This document shows, in pieces, positions 33,130 through 43,112 of a stretch of DNA of 64,000 bases; the stretch's first letter is position 1; each line of letters opens with the position of its first letter. This DNA comes from Gemmatimonadales bacterium. GTDB lineage: Bacteria; Gemmatimonadota; Gemmatimonadetes; Gemmatimonadales; GWC2-71-9. Both the position numbers and the translations under genes were made by a program. The notes below the pieces were generated by a model. That model was not told where the DNA came from and did no database searches. It saw only the letters and a program-made list of their open reading frames with translations. The stretch lies in the NCBI GenBank assembly GCA_044869265.1, contig JBIOXD010000021.1, positions 2,748 to 66,747 of the forward strand, written 5' to 3'.

Positions 33130-34310
33130 GACGCCGCACCTCTGGGCGTTCGCGCCCGCACCTGCGCGAGATAACCCTCGACGTTACGCTTCAATTCGCT
33201 GAGCGCATCGCCGCCAAATTTCTCCAGCAGCGCCTCGGTCACGACGATCGCCATCATCGCTTCGGCGATGACGCCCATGGCGGGCACCGCCGTCACGTCG
33301 GAGCGCTCCGATTGCGCTTGCGCCGGCCCGCCGGTCTTCAGGTCCACCGTCTTGAGCGGTGACATGAGCGTGGAGATCGGCTTCATCGCCACGCGCGCAA
33401 CCAAAGGCTCGCCAGTCGTCATGCCGCCCTCGGTCCCACCCGCGCGGTTGGTGGCACGCGCAAAGCCCGGCAGAATCTCATCGTGCACTTCAGAGCCTTT
33501 GCGGCGTGCCGCCTCGAAGCCGAGGCCCAACTCGACGCCCTTCACGGCTGGAATCGACATGAAGGCCTGTGCCAGGCGGCCGTCAAGCTTGGTGTCCCAG
33601 GCGACATGGGAGCCGAGCCCCACCGGCACGCCGAGTGCAACGACTTCCACGATACCGCCGAGGGTATCTCCTGCTGCCTTCGCCGCGTCGATGCGCCGAA
33701 TGATCTCGGCTTCCGCCTCGGGATCCAGACACCGTACCGGACTCTGGTCCGCCCGCTCGTTCAGGGGAGCGGGGAGTGGGGAGTGGTACTTGGCGGTGAC
33801 TCCTCCCAGCTCTGCGACGTACGAGCCGATCTCGATGCTGAATTCCCGCAGGAGCTTCTTGCACACGGCGCCGCACGCCACGCGCACGACTGTTTCACGA
33901 GCACTGGCGCGTTCGAGAATATCGCGTGCGTCGGTGCGGTCATACTTGAGCGATCCCGCGAGATCTGCGTGCCCGGGCCTCGGGCGTGTGACTTGGCGGC
34001 GCCGTCCCTGCGGATCGGGGGTGGCGTCGGCTTCCGGCGCCATCACATCCTGCCAATGCTCCCAATCGCGGTTCCAGATCAGCATTGCGATAGGAGAGCC
34101 GATGGTCTCCCCCGCGCGGACCCCGGCAAGCCACTCGATGCGGTCGGATTCGATCTTCATGCGTGCACCGCGTCCGTACCCCCCCTGGCGCCGCTTCAAC
34201 TCCGCGTCCACATCGGCAGCCGACACGGGGAGACCGGCGGGGATCCCTTCGAGGATGCCCACGAGGCCGCGGCCGTGCGACTCGCCTGCCGTTGTGAAGC
34301 GGAACGTCAC
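33126..34310 (-). CDS. aroC: Chorismate synthase
   Basis: FRFTTAGESHGRGLVGILEGIPAG...RPGHAD...SARETV family signatures. Confidence 0.9.
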   Translation of the reverse strand: MTFRFTTAGESHGRGLVGILEGIPAGLPVSAADVDAELKRRQGGYGRGARMKIESDRIEWLAGVRAGETIGSPIAMLIWNRDWEHWQDVMAPEADATPDPQGRRRQVTRPRPGHADLAGSLKYDRTDARDILERASARETVVRVACGAVCKKLLREFSIEIGSYVAELGGVTAKYHSPLPAPLNERADQSPVRCLDPEAEAEIIRRIDAAKAAGDTLGGIVEVVALGVPVGLGSHVAWDTKLDGRLAQAFMSIPAVKGVELGLGFEAARRKGSEVHDEILPGFARATNRAGGTEGGMTTGEPLVARVAMKPISTLMSPLKTVDLKTGGPAQAQSERSDVTAVPAMGVIAEAMMAIVVTEALLEKFGGDALSELKRNVEGYLAQVRARTPRGAAS

Positions 34311-34344
34311 GAATTCCTCCTCGCTCCTGCTCCATTAAACAGCG

Positions 34345-34367
34345 GAGCCCGACGGAGGGTCGGGCTC
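34345..34367 (-). terminator. Hairpin GAGCCCGAC-GGAGG-GTCGGGCTC downstream of the lipoprotein gene
   Basis: Perfect 9-bp stem read directly. Only a partially T-rich tract follows on the minus strand. Confidence 0.45.
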
Positions 34368-34403
34368 GCGCATCCAGCACCCGGGCCCAGAAACGCCCGG
34401 CGT

Positions 34404-36971
34404 CTAGCGAATCGGCGGCCCCCATGGCGGTTTCACTGGGAACGGGTTGTTGATGACCTGGAGCTCCACCATCACGACGCCGTTCGCGGTGACGCCGAAC
34501 AGCCATTGGCGCGTGTTGTTGCGGTTTCGGGCAACACGCAGCGGTCCAATGATGGGGTCGCGCACGACGATTCCGCCAACCCTACCATAGAAGAAGGTAT
34601 CCCAGACGTCGATGTTGCCGTCAGGGCGTGCAGAGAACGCTATGCGGTCATTGGGGTTACCTGGGCCACCGAAGATCGGCGTGCCGGGGTCGCCCGCCAG
34701 GAACGCATGGTTGTAATTCATGTCCATGCCGAACGCCCCGATCGGCGCCTCGGCCGTGCCTTTCAGCTTCATCCCCTCGTCGAGAAAGTAGATCGAGTCG
34801 GCGCGAACGAGGTTCGTCCCACCGTTGAAGTTCGTCGCGACCGAGTGGATGTTGACGCCGGTGTTGCTGATGAAGTCGCTGACGTCGATGAACGGCGTGA
34901 TGCCGAGGTCGCGATGGTTTTCGCCCGTGTCGGCCGTGAGCAAGCTGCCGTTCGTGTAGCACGACCGCAGGGTGCTCGGCCCCTTCAGCAACGGCGCCTT
35001 GGTCGTATAGCCCACGACGCGCGCGAACTCGCTGGTGATGTTGCCACCCTCACCCATGATGGCGTGCGTGAAATTCCCGGAGTTGCGCACGTACGTCGAG
35101 TCGCCCAGTCCGAATTCTTCCAGCGCAATGGTGACCCCGTTGCACGCGGACAGCTGCACGCGCTGCTCGTTATAGGGGCGGCCGCGGCGCATCTCGATGC
35201 GCAGAGTGTCGCGGCTCGTGCTGGTCAACGTACTGTCACCCGCCAGCTCCCAGAAGAAGTGGCTGAACAACTGCGCCGTATCGGGCGTGTCGATCAGCTT
35301 CTCCATCCGCAGCGTGGCCTTGTTGGCGAACGGCGGTGTGCTGCTCGCCGTGGGCAGCGTTGAGTAAATGGCGAACACCGAGTCGGCATGGCAGTTCGGC
35401 GTGCCCGACGTGACCCGGCAGACCGACGCCACGTATTGCGGCCGGTCCGAAAGGTCGAACACCCTGATTTCTTCGCGGATCGGCGCGGTCAGCACGCGGT
35501 AGGTCTCGATCAAATAGTCCGGCAGGTCCTGCCGCCACGCCAGGCGCCGAATCCCCGGACGCACGTCGATGACAGAGAGCTCCACACCGCCCGAGTTCGC
35601 GACGACAATCGAGTCTTTGTAGTTGCCCAGCGTATCCAGCGGCCACAACGCGATCCCCCACGGCTGCGGGCCGGCGGTCGGGATGCCGGCCGCAACGAAC
35701 GCGGTGTTCGCGACCTGGAAGATTTCGACGCGCCCCAGCGCCGGATTCGTCAGGTAGAGGCTGCTGTCGTTCCCGTTGAAGATCGCGTCCGCGATCTTGC
35801 CGCCGAACGGCAGCGGCCGCGTGACCCCCGCCACGACGATGACCGTGTCGATGAGCGCCATCGGCGCCGGACGCGGGGCGGGGGCCGGCGCGCTGCCGAA
35901 CCTGATGGGTGGGCTGGGAATCAGCGTGGTGCTGTTCGTGAAGTCACAGTTGCGCGCGATCGCCGCGTCGCAGGCGTAACCCCGCACGACGATTGTATGC
36001 GGCAGCGGCTGGAGACCTTGCAGGCCCAGCGTGAAGTGACGCGTCACGTCGGTCAAATTCCCGGCGCCGACGTAGAGGCTGTCGAACTTCATGAGCACGT
36101 TATTCGTATCGACCCGGAAGCCGATCCACGCAATCGCACTCGGGTCCTGGGCGCGCACGTGTATCGTGTCGTCCACTTCGACGCGCTGGCCGATGCGGTG
36201 CGCGACGACCGGGACTTGATTGTCCGTCGCCACGGACTGAATGACCACCGTGATGACGCTCGTGAATCCGCGCCGTCCGGCCGAGTCTTCTGCGAAGCCG
36301 ACGACGTTGAAGGTGCCGCTCGAGGGAACGACCACAAGCGTGTCGACGTACTCCACCGAATCGGCGAACGGCGGCGTGAAGACGAGCGAGTCGTTGGGTG
36401 GCGTGGTCGGGTTGGTGACACTGCTCGCTGGTGACACGAGGAACCCGATCTTCGCAATACCCGAGTTCTGGACCGCGATCACGTCGACCGGCAGGCCCTT
36501 CCCGGTCGAGGCCAGCGCGCCCGGTGACGGGACAACCAGCCGCACGCGCAGCGCCTGCACGTTCGACAGAAAGATGCTGAGCGTGTCTTCGGAGAAGTTG
36601 CCCGCGCCGTCCGTGGCGCGTCCAATGATCTGAATGTCGCCGCCGACCCCGGAGTTGGACCCGAAGGTCAGGGTGCGGGACACCGCATACGTCTTGACTT
36701 GGCCGGTGAAGTTGGTGTCCGCGATGCCGATCAGTCCACCGCTGAACCGCAGGCTGATGCTCTTGAGCGCGAGATTATCGATCGCCTGGATGCCGAATTG
36801 CAGGCCGCTGGCGATGTCCTGGGAATCGCCGGCGGTGTTGACCAGGAGGATGGCCGGCGGCGTGACATCGCGCTGGATGCCGCCCGGATTACGCGTTGTC
36901 TCGCACGACCAGATGGCCAGGGCGAGCGCGCCTATCCCCCAGACTGCGGTGCCGCGAGTAACCAGCCGCAT
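34404..36971 (-). CDS. Large (855-aa) predicted lipoprotein of unknown function immediately downstream of pilQ
   Basis: MRLVTRGTAVWGIGALALAIWSC is a lipobox-like signal. Repetitive beta-rich sequence with no motif recognised. 30-nt gap to the pilQ stop. Confidence 0.6.
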   Translation of the reverse strand: MRLVTRGTAVWGIGALALAIWSCETTRNPGGIQRDVTPPAILLVNTAGDSQDIASGLQFGIQAIDNLALKSISLRFSGGLIGIADTNFTGQVKTYAVSRTLTFGSNSGVGGDIQIIGRATDGAGNFSEDTLSIFLSNVQALRVRLVVPSPGALASTGKGLPVDVIAVQNSGIAKIGFLVSPASSVTNPTTPPNDSLVFTPPFADSVEYVDTLVVVPSSGTFNVVGFAEDSAGRRGFTSVITVVIQSVATDNQVPVVAHRIGQRVEVDDTIHVRAQDPSAIAWIGFRVDTNNVLMKFDSLYVGAGNLTDVTRHFTLGLQGLQPLPHTIVVRGYACDAAIARNCDFTNSTTLIPSPPIRFGSAPAPAPRPAPMALIDTVIVVAGVTRPLPFGGKIADAIFNGNDSSLYLTNPALGRVEIFQVANTAFVAAGIPTAGPQPWGIALWPLDTLGNYKDSIVVANSGGVELSVIDVRPGIRRLAWRQDLPDYLIETYRVLTAPIREEIRVFDLSDRPQYVASVCRVTSGTPNCHADSVFAIYSTLPTASSTPPFANKATLRMEKLIDTPDTAQLFSHFFWELAGDSTLTSTSRDTLRIEMRRGRPYNEQRVQLSACNGVTIALEEFGLGDSTYVRNSGNFTHAIMGEGGNITSEFARVVGYTTKAPLLKGPSTLRSCYTNGSLLTADTGENHRDLGITPFIDVSDFISNTGVNIHSVATNFNGGTNLVRADSIYFLDEGMKLKGTAEAPIGAFGMDMNYNHAFLAGDPGTPIFGGPGNPNDRIAFSARPDGNIDVWDTFFYGRVGGIVVRDPIIGPLRVARNRNNTRQWLFGVTANGVVMVELQVINNPFPVKPPWGPPIR

Positions 36972-37001
36972 ATCAGCCTCTCCCACTGCACGTCCCGCCG
37001 G

Positions 37002-38921
37002 TTACTGACCGGTGGGCGGGACGAGATCGTCGATGATGTGGGGCGTGATCAGTATCAGCAGATCGCGCCGGTTTTCCTGCTGTTGCGTGAAGCCGAACAG
37101 CTTGCCCAGAATCGGCAGATCTACAAGGAAAGGGATACCGGACTTGGTTACAGTGACCTCAGTCACCGTAAGTCCGCCAATTACGGCCGTTTCGCCGTCG
37201 TTGACCAGGATCTGATTGTCCGCCTGCTGGGTTTGGAAGGTGAACCCGATGTCCACCGAGGCCGGCCGGACGTTCGAACGCTCGGCGTGCACTTCCATCA
37301 GGATTTGCCGATTGGCAGTGACGTGCGGCGTGACGCGGAGGTTGATACCGGTCTGCTCGAACGACACCGTGGCCCGCGGGACGTTCTGCTGCTGGGCCCC
37401 GGCGGTGGCGGTCGAGCTGACGTCGATGATGCGGATCGGCACGCGGTCGCCGACGAGGATTTCGGCTTCACGGTTGTCCAACGTCGTGATCGTCGGCTCG
37501 GCCTGGATGTCGGCCAGCTCGACGCGCTGCAGCGCCTGCACGAACGTCGTGAGATCGAAGTTCCCGATCGCCGTCGAGAAGATCAGATCGAGCGCCGGAT
37601 TGATGACCTGCTGGCCCGCGTTGCCGAGCGCCGACAGCGAGTTGCCGCCCAGCGCGACGATGGTTTCGTTGGGCGCGAAGGTTTCCGTCGGCACGAGCGC
37701 GTCGGGAACGCCGTCGAGGTCCGTGTCGACGGGCTCCGCCGTACGCGGATCGGGCCGCTGCACGAGCCGGTTGAAGAATTGATTGGTCGTGCCGAGGTCG
37801 TACTTCACACCCAGCTCTTCGACATCCGTGCGATCGACGAAGATGATCTTCGCCTGGATCGAGACCTGCGGCGTGCGCAGGTCGAGGCCCTTCACGAAGT
37901 CGACGACATCATCGATCCGTGAGCTGACCTCCGTGATCACGAGCGCATTGCTGGTCGAGTCGGCGACCACCTGGCCGCGCTTCGTGAGGATCGACTGCAC
38001 CGACGGGACGAGTGACGACGCCCTCGCGTAGTTGATGCGCACGAGCCGCGTCGTGATCGGCACGGTGGAGTCGGCGCGCGCCAGCTCGACCTTGCTCACG
38101 ACATTGAGAATGCCGCCGGGCAGTGTCTGCACCGCCAGGCCCTGCGACTCGAGCACCGCGTTGAGCGCGAGGTCCCACGGCTGATTCTTGATCTCGGCGG
38201 TCACGTTGCCGGTGATGCCCTTGGCGAGGATGATCGTGCGGCCGCTGAAGGCGGCGAATCCGGCGATCACATCCTCCATCGACGCGTTGTCCCACTGCAC
38301 CGTGATCCGTGGCGCTTGCGACTGCGCGGCCTCGGAGCGGTGCGCGGCGAGGTACTCTTCGATCGACATGGAGCGGCCCAGCGACATGGAGCGACCCAGC
38401 GCGGGCGTCGTGACGCGCGCCGCCTGTTCCGGTCCGCCGGTGACCGCGGGCGCGACCTCACCCCCCCGCCCCCTCTCCGCTACGCGGAGAGGGGGAACGG
38501 GGGGTGAGGACGACCACGCTGCGAAGCTCGTTCGCTCGCTGCCGATGCGCACGCGCACCTGTCCGCCCGCGCGGTCGACCTGATAGTCCTTCAGCGCATC
38601 GAGGTCGATCACGACACGAACAATATCCGGCTTGAATTGTCCGTAGCGGATGTTCCGGACGCCGCCACGGTTCAAGCCATCGTACATTGCCGCGGGCACC
38701 GTGAGCCGCGTCCCGACCAGGTCGATGACCAGGCGCGCGGGATTGGTGAGCGTGAAATCGTTGACCTGAGCGACTCCTCGCAGATCGATGACGATCTCGA
38801 CCTTGCCGCTGGCCGGCAGCACACTCACTCCCCGGACTTCCCCGTCGCGAACCGCCGTCCCGGCAAGGGCCCCGGGAACGGCGGCCGCGAACAGGGCCGC
38901 GTGGAGCAACAGAGCCTTCAT
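37002..38921 (-). CDS. pilQ: Type IV pilus secretin PilQ
   Basis: Signal peptide, AMIN-like N-terminus and secretin C-terminus (..GETAVIGGLTVTEVTVTKSGIPFLVDLPILGKLFG..). Follows pilMNOP. Confidence 0.9.
   Translation of the reverse strand: MKALLLHAALFAAAVPGALAGTAVRDGEVRGVSVLPASGKVEIVIDLRGVAQVNDFTLTNPARLVIDLVGTRLTVPAAMYDGLNRGGVRNIRYGQFKPDIVRVVIDLDALKDYQVDRAGGQVRVRIGSERTSFAAWSSSPPVPPLRVAERGRGGEVAPAVTGGPEQAARVTTPALGRSMSLGRSMSIEEYLAAHRSEAAQSQAPRITVQWDNASMEDVIAGFAAFSGRTIILAKGITGNVTAEIKNQPWDLALNAVLESQGLAVQTLPGGILNVVSKVELARADSTVPITTRLVRINYARASSLVPSVQSILTKRGQVVADSTSNALVITEVSSRIDDVVDFVKGLDLRTPQVSIQAKIIFVDRTDVEELGVKYDLGTTNQFFNRLVQRPDPRTAEPVDTDLDGVPDALVPTETFAPNETIVALGGNSLSALGNAGQQVINPALDLIFSTAIGNFDLTTFVQALQRVELADIQAEPTITTLDNREAEILVGDRVPIRIIDVSSTATAGAQQQNVPRATVSFEQTGINLRVTPHVTANRQILMEVHAERSNVRPASVDIGFTFQTQQADNQILVNDGETAVIGGLTVTEVTVTKSGIPFLVDLPILGKLFGFTQQQENRRDLLILITPHIIDDLVPPTGQ
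38456..38509. repeat. Near-perfect 54-bp palindromic element inserted in frame in pilQ
   Basis: CCTCACCCCCCCGCCCCCTCTCCGC-TAC-GCGGAGAGGGGGAACGGGGGGTGAGG. Translated as ..PPVPPLRVAERGRGGEV.. in the linker after the AMIN region. Confidence 0.8.
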
Positions 38922-39340
38922 GGCGTCTCCCCCTGCTTGGTGAGCGACAGGGTCTCCTGCCGTTCGAAACCGAATTCCTGCACGGTGAACACGACCTCGC
39001 GCGGACGGATCTGCGTCACCTTCAAGCGCCCGACGATGTCGCCCGTTTTCACGCGATAAATGCGCCGGTTGGTGATGTCCCGAAGCACCGCGACGCTGCG
39101 CGCGGCGTAGCGCCCGTCGTAGACGATGGTCGTCAGCTTCAGGTCGGAAATCAGCGGCCGCACCTCGCCCGACCTGAGCAGCGACATGAAGGGGTCGCGT
39201 CCGCCGCCCTCATACGCGAACACCTCGCGCTGGAGCGTGGCCGCCGCCACCGTGGTGTCTCCAGCGGTGTCGCGTTGCTGTCCCGTCACTGTCGCTGGAA
39301 TAGCCGCGCTCAACACCAGGGCGAGGCTAATTGGACGCAC
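38918..39340 (-). CDS. pilP: Type IV pilus assembly protein PilP-like
   Basis: 140 aa. ..GRDPFMSLL...LKLTTIVYDG...AVLRD...YRVKTGDIVG. Position between pilO and pilQ with overlapping stops and starts. Confidence 0.75.
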   Translation of the reverse strand: MRPISLALVLSAAIPATVTGQQRDTAGDTTVAAATLQREVFAYEGGGRDPFMSLLRSGEVRPLISDLKLTTIVYDGRYAARSVAVLRDITNRRIYRVKTGDIVGRLKVTQIRPREVVFTVQEFGFERQETLSLTKQGETP

Positions 39341-39959
39341 GCGCCGGCGCTCCTCTCGTCGGCGTCGCCGACGCGGTCGTCGACTTTACGAATGTGCGGA
39401 TTGCGAACTCCGCGAGCAGCAAGGACCCCGCCGTGTCAGCGAGCAGCTTCTGCGCGGCCGGTGATGCCGCTGAGAGCGTCACTTCCTGCGGCACGACGAT
39501 GCGCGGCAGCGAGGCGATGTCGGCGATGTATTCGCCAAGTTGGTCGTAGTGGCCGTACACCTCCAGCCGGTAGCGATAGGTGTCGAACGGAGACCCTGGT
39601 TCGGGCGTCAGCGGCTGGATCTTGCCCAGCGTCACGCCGCGGACTTTGGCCTTGGTCGAGATGTCGTCGATCAGAGTCGGGACTTCGTTCTTGTCGGGCA
39701 CCAGACGCCGCATCAGCTCGAGCGCACCCTGATAGCTCTCGACACGCCGCTGGAGATCGGCGGTGCTGCCGGTCTCGAGGTCCCGCTTGGCCGCTTCGAC
39801 GATCCGCTCCAGGCTGTCGGCTTCCTGGTTCGCCGTGGAAATCCGCGCGCTTTGCGGCTCGTGCACTTTCGTCCAGAACAAGTAGCCGCCTGCGAGGGCG
39901 ACGAGGACGAGGAGCGCCATGATCTGGCCGCGTTGGTCGGTGGGTAACCCAAGTGCCAT
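39327..39959 (-). CDS. pilO: Type IV pilus assembly protein PilO
   Basis: N-terminal TM helix, coiled coil and C-terminal ferredoxin-like part. Conserved operon position. Confidence 0.75.
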   Translation of the reverse strand: MALGLPTDQRGQIMALLVLVALAGGYLFWTKVHEPQSARISTANQEADSLERIVEAAKRDLETGSTADLQRRVESYQGALELMRRLVPDKNEVPTLIDDISTKAKVRGVTLGKIQPLTPEPGSPFDTYRYRLEVYGHYDQLGEYIADIASLPRIVVPQEVTLSAASPAAQKLLADTAGSLLLAEFAIRTFVKSTTASATPTRGAPARASN

Positions 39960-39965
39960 GGCGCG

Positions 39966-40676
39966 CTATCTCATCGATTGCACGAAGGGAACCGTGCGGA
40001 TGTAGACGGAATCCGCCGGGCGATATCGCACCGTCACGTTGAACGCTGTGACCGGGCGGTCGGCTTCGATCACCGTCTGGGAACTCGCAGGCGTCACGTC
40101 GGTGAACCAGGGCGACGCGGCGAGCTGGCGCAGGAACGTGGTGTAGGCCTGGATATCCACCGTGCGGCCGTCGATCGACACGCGCACGAGGGTCGCGCCC
40201 ATCGAATCCGTATCCATCGCGACCGGGCCGCTGGGCTGTCCCGGCGTCGCGGCGACCATCGGATTGACGGACTGAATGCGGGTGAGCCACGTATAGGGCG
40301 GCAGCGCCTTGGTCGTCTGATCGAGCACGTGGGGCCAGATATACCGATCGGCGTCGATCTGACGGATCATGTTGATCTGATACAGCAGCGAGTCCCGCAC
40401 CTTCTCGAGCTGACGCTTCTGCGCGATCACAATGTCGTAGCGGCGCTTCTCGGCGCGGATATTCTCGAGACGCGATTCGGCGCGGGCGAGCCGCGCGCGC
40501 TCGGTGATGAACAGCAGCGCGCCGCCGCCGCCCACGATCACCCACGCCACCACCGCCGCGATGAGCCAGGGATCCTTGACCTGCGCAAACAGCGCCTTGA
40601 AGTCGGGCATGGACAGCTTCATGCCCGCTCCCTTGACGCTCCTCTTCTTTCCCGGGAGTAGGTTTATCTCAATCAT
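39966..40676 (-). CDS. pilN: Type IV pilus assembly protein PilN
   Basis: The MIEINLLPGKKRS N-terminal motif, followed by a TM helix. Confidence 0.8.
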   Translation of the reverse strand: MIEINLLPGKKRSVKGAGMKLSMPDFKALFAQVKDPWLIAAVVAWVIVGGGGALLFITERARLARAESRLENIRAEKRRYDIVIAQKRQLEKVRDSLLYQINMIRQIDADRYIWPHVLDQTTKALPPYTWLTRIQSVNPMVAATPGQPSGPVAMDTDSMGATLVRVSIDGRTVDIQAYTTFLRQLAASPWFTDVTPASSQTVIEADRPVTAFNVTVRYRPADSVYIRTVPFVQSMR

Positions 40677-41725
40677 GCGGCGCGCCTCAGCGCCAGACCC
40701 ACCGCCAGCATCAAGAGCGGCGCGACCTCATCGACCGGCACCGTCTCGAAGACGTCATCTTTTACGCGCAGCCGCTGCACCGGATTTGCGAGCTCGATCG
40801 GCACTCGGAGGCGCGCGCCGAGGACGTCGTTGAGCCCCGGGACGCGCGCGCCGCCACCAGTCGTGTACACGCGCGACAAACCGCCGGCATTGCGGGAGGC
40901 GGTGGCGAGGAATGCCGCGGCCCGCTCCACGCCGACCGCGATCTCCTCACCGCGCGCGCTCACGTAGCCGCCGAGATCGGCGTGCTGCGCCGAGCCCTGG
41001 ATGACTTGCTCGGCTTCCTCGCTCGCGAGCCCCTTCTCACGCTGCAGATCCTCGCGGAAGCGCCGGGTGCCGACCGAGAGATCGCGCGTCAGCACGGGCA
41101 CGCCATCCTCGAGGACGTTCACGTTGGTGACTTCGTGCCCGATGTTGACGAGACCGACGACGCCCTGCATCGCGTCGGGGTGATTCAGCTCGAACGCGTT
41201 GTGGATTGCGAACGCATCGACGTCGATGATCGAGGGATCGAGACCGGCTTCGCCGAGGAGCGCGACGCGACTCTCGACCAGCTCCCGCTTGGCGGCGACG
41301 AGCAGCACGTTCATCTGCAGCCCCTCGGCGTCGGGATCGAGGATCTGGAAGTCGAGCTCCACGTTGGCCATGTCGAACGGCACATGCTGCTCGGCTTCCC
41401 AGCGGATCACCTCGCGGGCGTCCGCTTCCTTCATCCGATCCATCTGGATTTTCTTGACGATGACGTCGCGGCCGCCGACGGCTGTGACAACGGATTTGCG
41501 CTTCACCCCGGCCGCCTCGAACAAACCCCGAATGGCCTCGGCAACGAGTCCGGGATCCATGACTTCACCCTCGACAATCGCGTCGGCGGCGACCTCGGTG
41601 GTGGCGACCTTGGTCAGCTCCGGCTCGCTGCCGCCGTGATCTACGACGACGAGCTTGATGATCCCTGAGCCGATGTCGAGACCGACCGAGGTTTTTTTAC
41701 CACCCAAAAAGCCAAAAAGGGCCAT
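40673..41725 (-). CDS. pilM: Type IV pilus assembly ATPase-fold protein PilM
   Basis: VGLDIGSGIIKLVVV is the actin-like fold N-terminus. 350 aa. Heads the pilMNOPQ operon. Confidence 0.9.
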   Translation of the reverse strand: MALFGFLGGKKTSVGLDIGSGIIKLVVVDHGGSEPELTKVATTEVAADAIVEGEVMDPGLVAEAIRGLFEAAGVKRKSVVTAVGGRDVIVKKIQMDRMKEADAREVIRWEAEQHVPFDMANVELDFQILDPDAEGLQMNVLLVAAKRELVESRVALLGEAGLDPSIIDVDAFAIHNAFELNHPDAMQGVVGLVNIGHEVTNVNVLEDGVPVLTRDLSVGTRRFREDLQREKGLASEEAEQVIQGSAQHADLGGYVSARGEEIAVGVERAAAFLATASRNAGGLSRVYTTGGGARVPGLNDVLGARLRVPIELANPVQRLRVKDDVFETVPVDEVAPLLMLAVGLALRRAA

Positions 41726-41858
41726 TAGCGCCTTTTCTTAGAGACAAGAAGGGGGCGAGGGCAAACTACAATAGGCCCTGCCCCTTATCCTGTCAATCCT
41801 CGAATCGACTTTAGCCCGAAGCAACAAGTGTCGCCCCCGCATTTACTTAGGTCGTGTT

Positions 41859-43010
41859 TTAGAAGAGCGCAACCCACCCCCGCTGACGCATCATTGAGAT
41901 CTGACTGGTCGCTTGCAGCGCGGCTAAGATCGTGCAGCTAGAGAAGTTGAGTGTTGCTTTACCGCTGATGCTCTGCGAGGACAAATCCGCGTTCTTGGCC
42001 AGCACGCCCCCCCAGAAGTGTGCTTCTTCGGTGCCACCTCCGGCGGTCTTCAAGTCACCTTGAATGATCGTGATTCCGAAAAACTGATACGACCCTTGAA
42101 CGTTCAAGTCGCCATCTACCAACAAGATACCTTGCCCCTGGGTGCCGTTGAGCGTCAGCGAGCCCGCGACGTGAATGATGGGGAAATAGTCCTGACAGGG
42201 CTGGCCGGGGTTCATTCCGTCGCCCCAGTTCGTCAGCACGTTCCTGTCGCAGGTGCCGCCGCTGACGGCAGGGGCGGTCGAGTAGGTGCCGCCGGCAAGC
42301 ATGATATTGGCGCGGGCCGCCAGCTGCTCATAGGTCGCGCCGCCAAAGACCGTAAAGGTGTTGTTGCTGATCGTGGGGTCATTGAGGACGGGCGGGTTGC
42401 CGGCCACGTTGGCGTTGCCCGTTTCGGTCACGTTGCCGCCCTGGTCGCGAATGCCCGCCTGTGGAGGACCCGGGGGATCGCAGCTCACCCACCCTGGTGG
42501 GACCTGGTCGATACCGTCTACCGTGGCGTTTCCCGACATCGCCACCGAGCCCTGTGTCGTTAGAGACGCCTTGATGCCGAAATCGACCGGGGCGATGCGG
42601 GCGATGATGCCGACGCGCTGCCGGGCGCCGCCGCCGCCGGCAATCGGGCCGCTGGCGCTGGCGCGATCCAGCCCCGTGACGTCCAAGAGCCAGAGATTGG
42701 GACCCACCTTGTAACTGTAGCCCCCGTAGCTGCCCGTGCCGCTGGGGGCGGGGTTTGGACCGATGACGACGGAATCCCGTGGCCACTGCGGCCGCCTATT
42801 CATGATCGTGGGGTCCCAGGTCAGGACCCGCTCCTGGGCGCCTGCTTCTGCGACACCGAACGCCGCCTGGACGCGGCGCTGGTTCTCTCCAACTCGCTGC
42901 TCCTGCGTGCCGGCGAAAAAGGCTCCGGCGATCATCGCTCCCACAACCACCAAGACAAAGATCGCGATCGCGAGCGCCATGCCGCGCTCGTCTCTCAGAA
43001 TCGCTTTCAT
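41859..43010 (-). CDS. PilX-N-like pilus-associated protein (383 aa), paralogue 1
   Basis: MKAILRDERGMALAIAIFVLVVVGAMIAGAFFAGTQEQRVGENQRR is an N-terminal hydrophobic helix without the G-F-T-L-x-E prepilin motif. Closely similar to 43113..44267 along its whole length. Confidence 0.65.
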   Translation of the reverse strand: MKAILRDERGMALAIAIFVLVVVGAMIAGAFFAGTQEQRVGENQRRVQAAFGVAEAGAQERVLTWDPTIMNRRPQWPRDSVVIGPNPAPSGTGSYGGYSYKVGPNLWLLDVTGLDRASASGPIAGGGGARQRVGIIARIAPVDFGIKASLTTQGSVAMSGNATVDGIDQVPPGWVSCDPPGPPQAGIRDQGGNVTETGNANVAGNPPVLNDPTISNNTFTVFGGATYEQLAARANIMLAGGTYSTAPAVSGGTCDRNVLTNWGDGMNPGQPCQDYFPIIHVAGSLTLNGTQGQGILLVDGDLNVQGSYQFFGITIIQGDLKTAGGGTEEAHFWGGVLAKNADLSSQSISGKATLNFSSCTILAALQATSQISMMRQRGWVALF

Positions 43011-43112
43011 TGTGGCTCCCTCAGGGCGCTACATGAGCCGGTCCGGTCCAAGCGACCGGCTCACGTTGCGTTTTCCTCAGGGCGCCTTGAGGTATTACGA
43101 CACTGCGATCAA

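Noticed and set aside
33483-35363. 626-aa plus-strand ORF spanning aroC and the lipoprotein gene
   Set aside because: It crosses two unrelated minus-strand genes and an intergenic terminator. Composition is Arg/Ala/His-rich with no motifs. This is a shadow ORF.
39436-40545. 369-aa minus-strand ORF in an alternative frame across pilN and pilO
   Set aside because: Extremely Arg/Pro/Ala-rich. It overlaps two well-supported pil genes in another frame and is a frame artefact of high GC.
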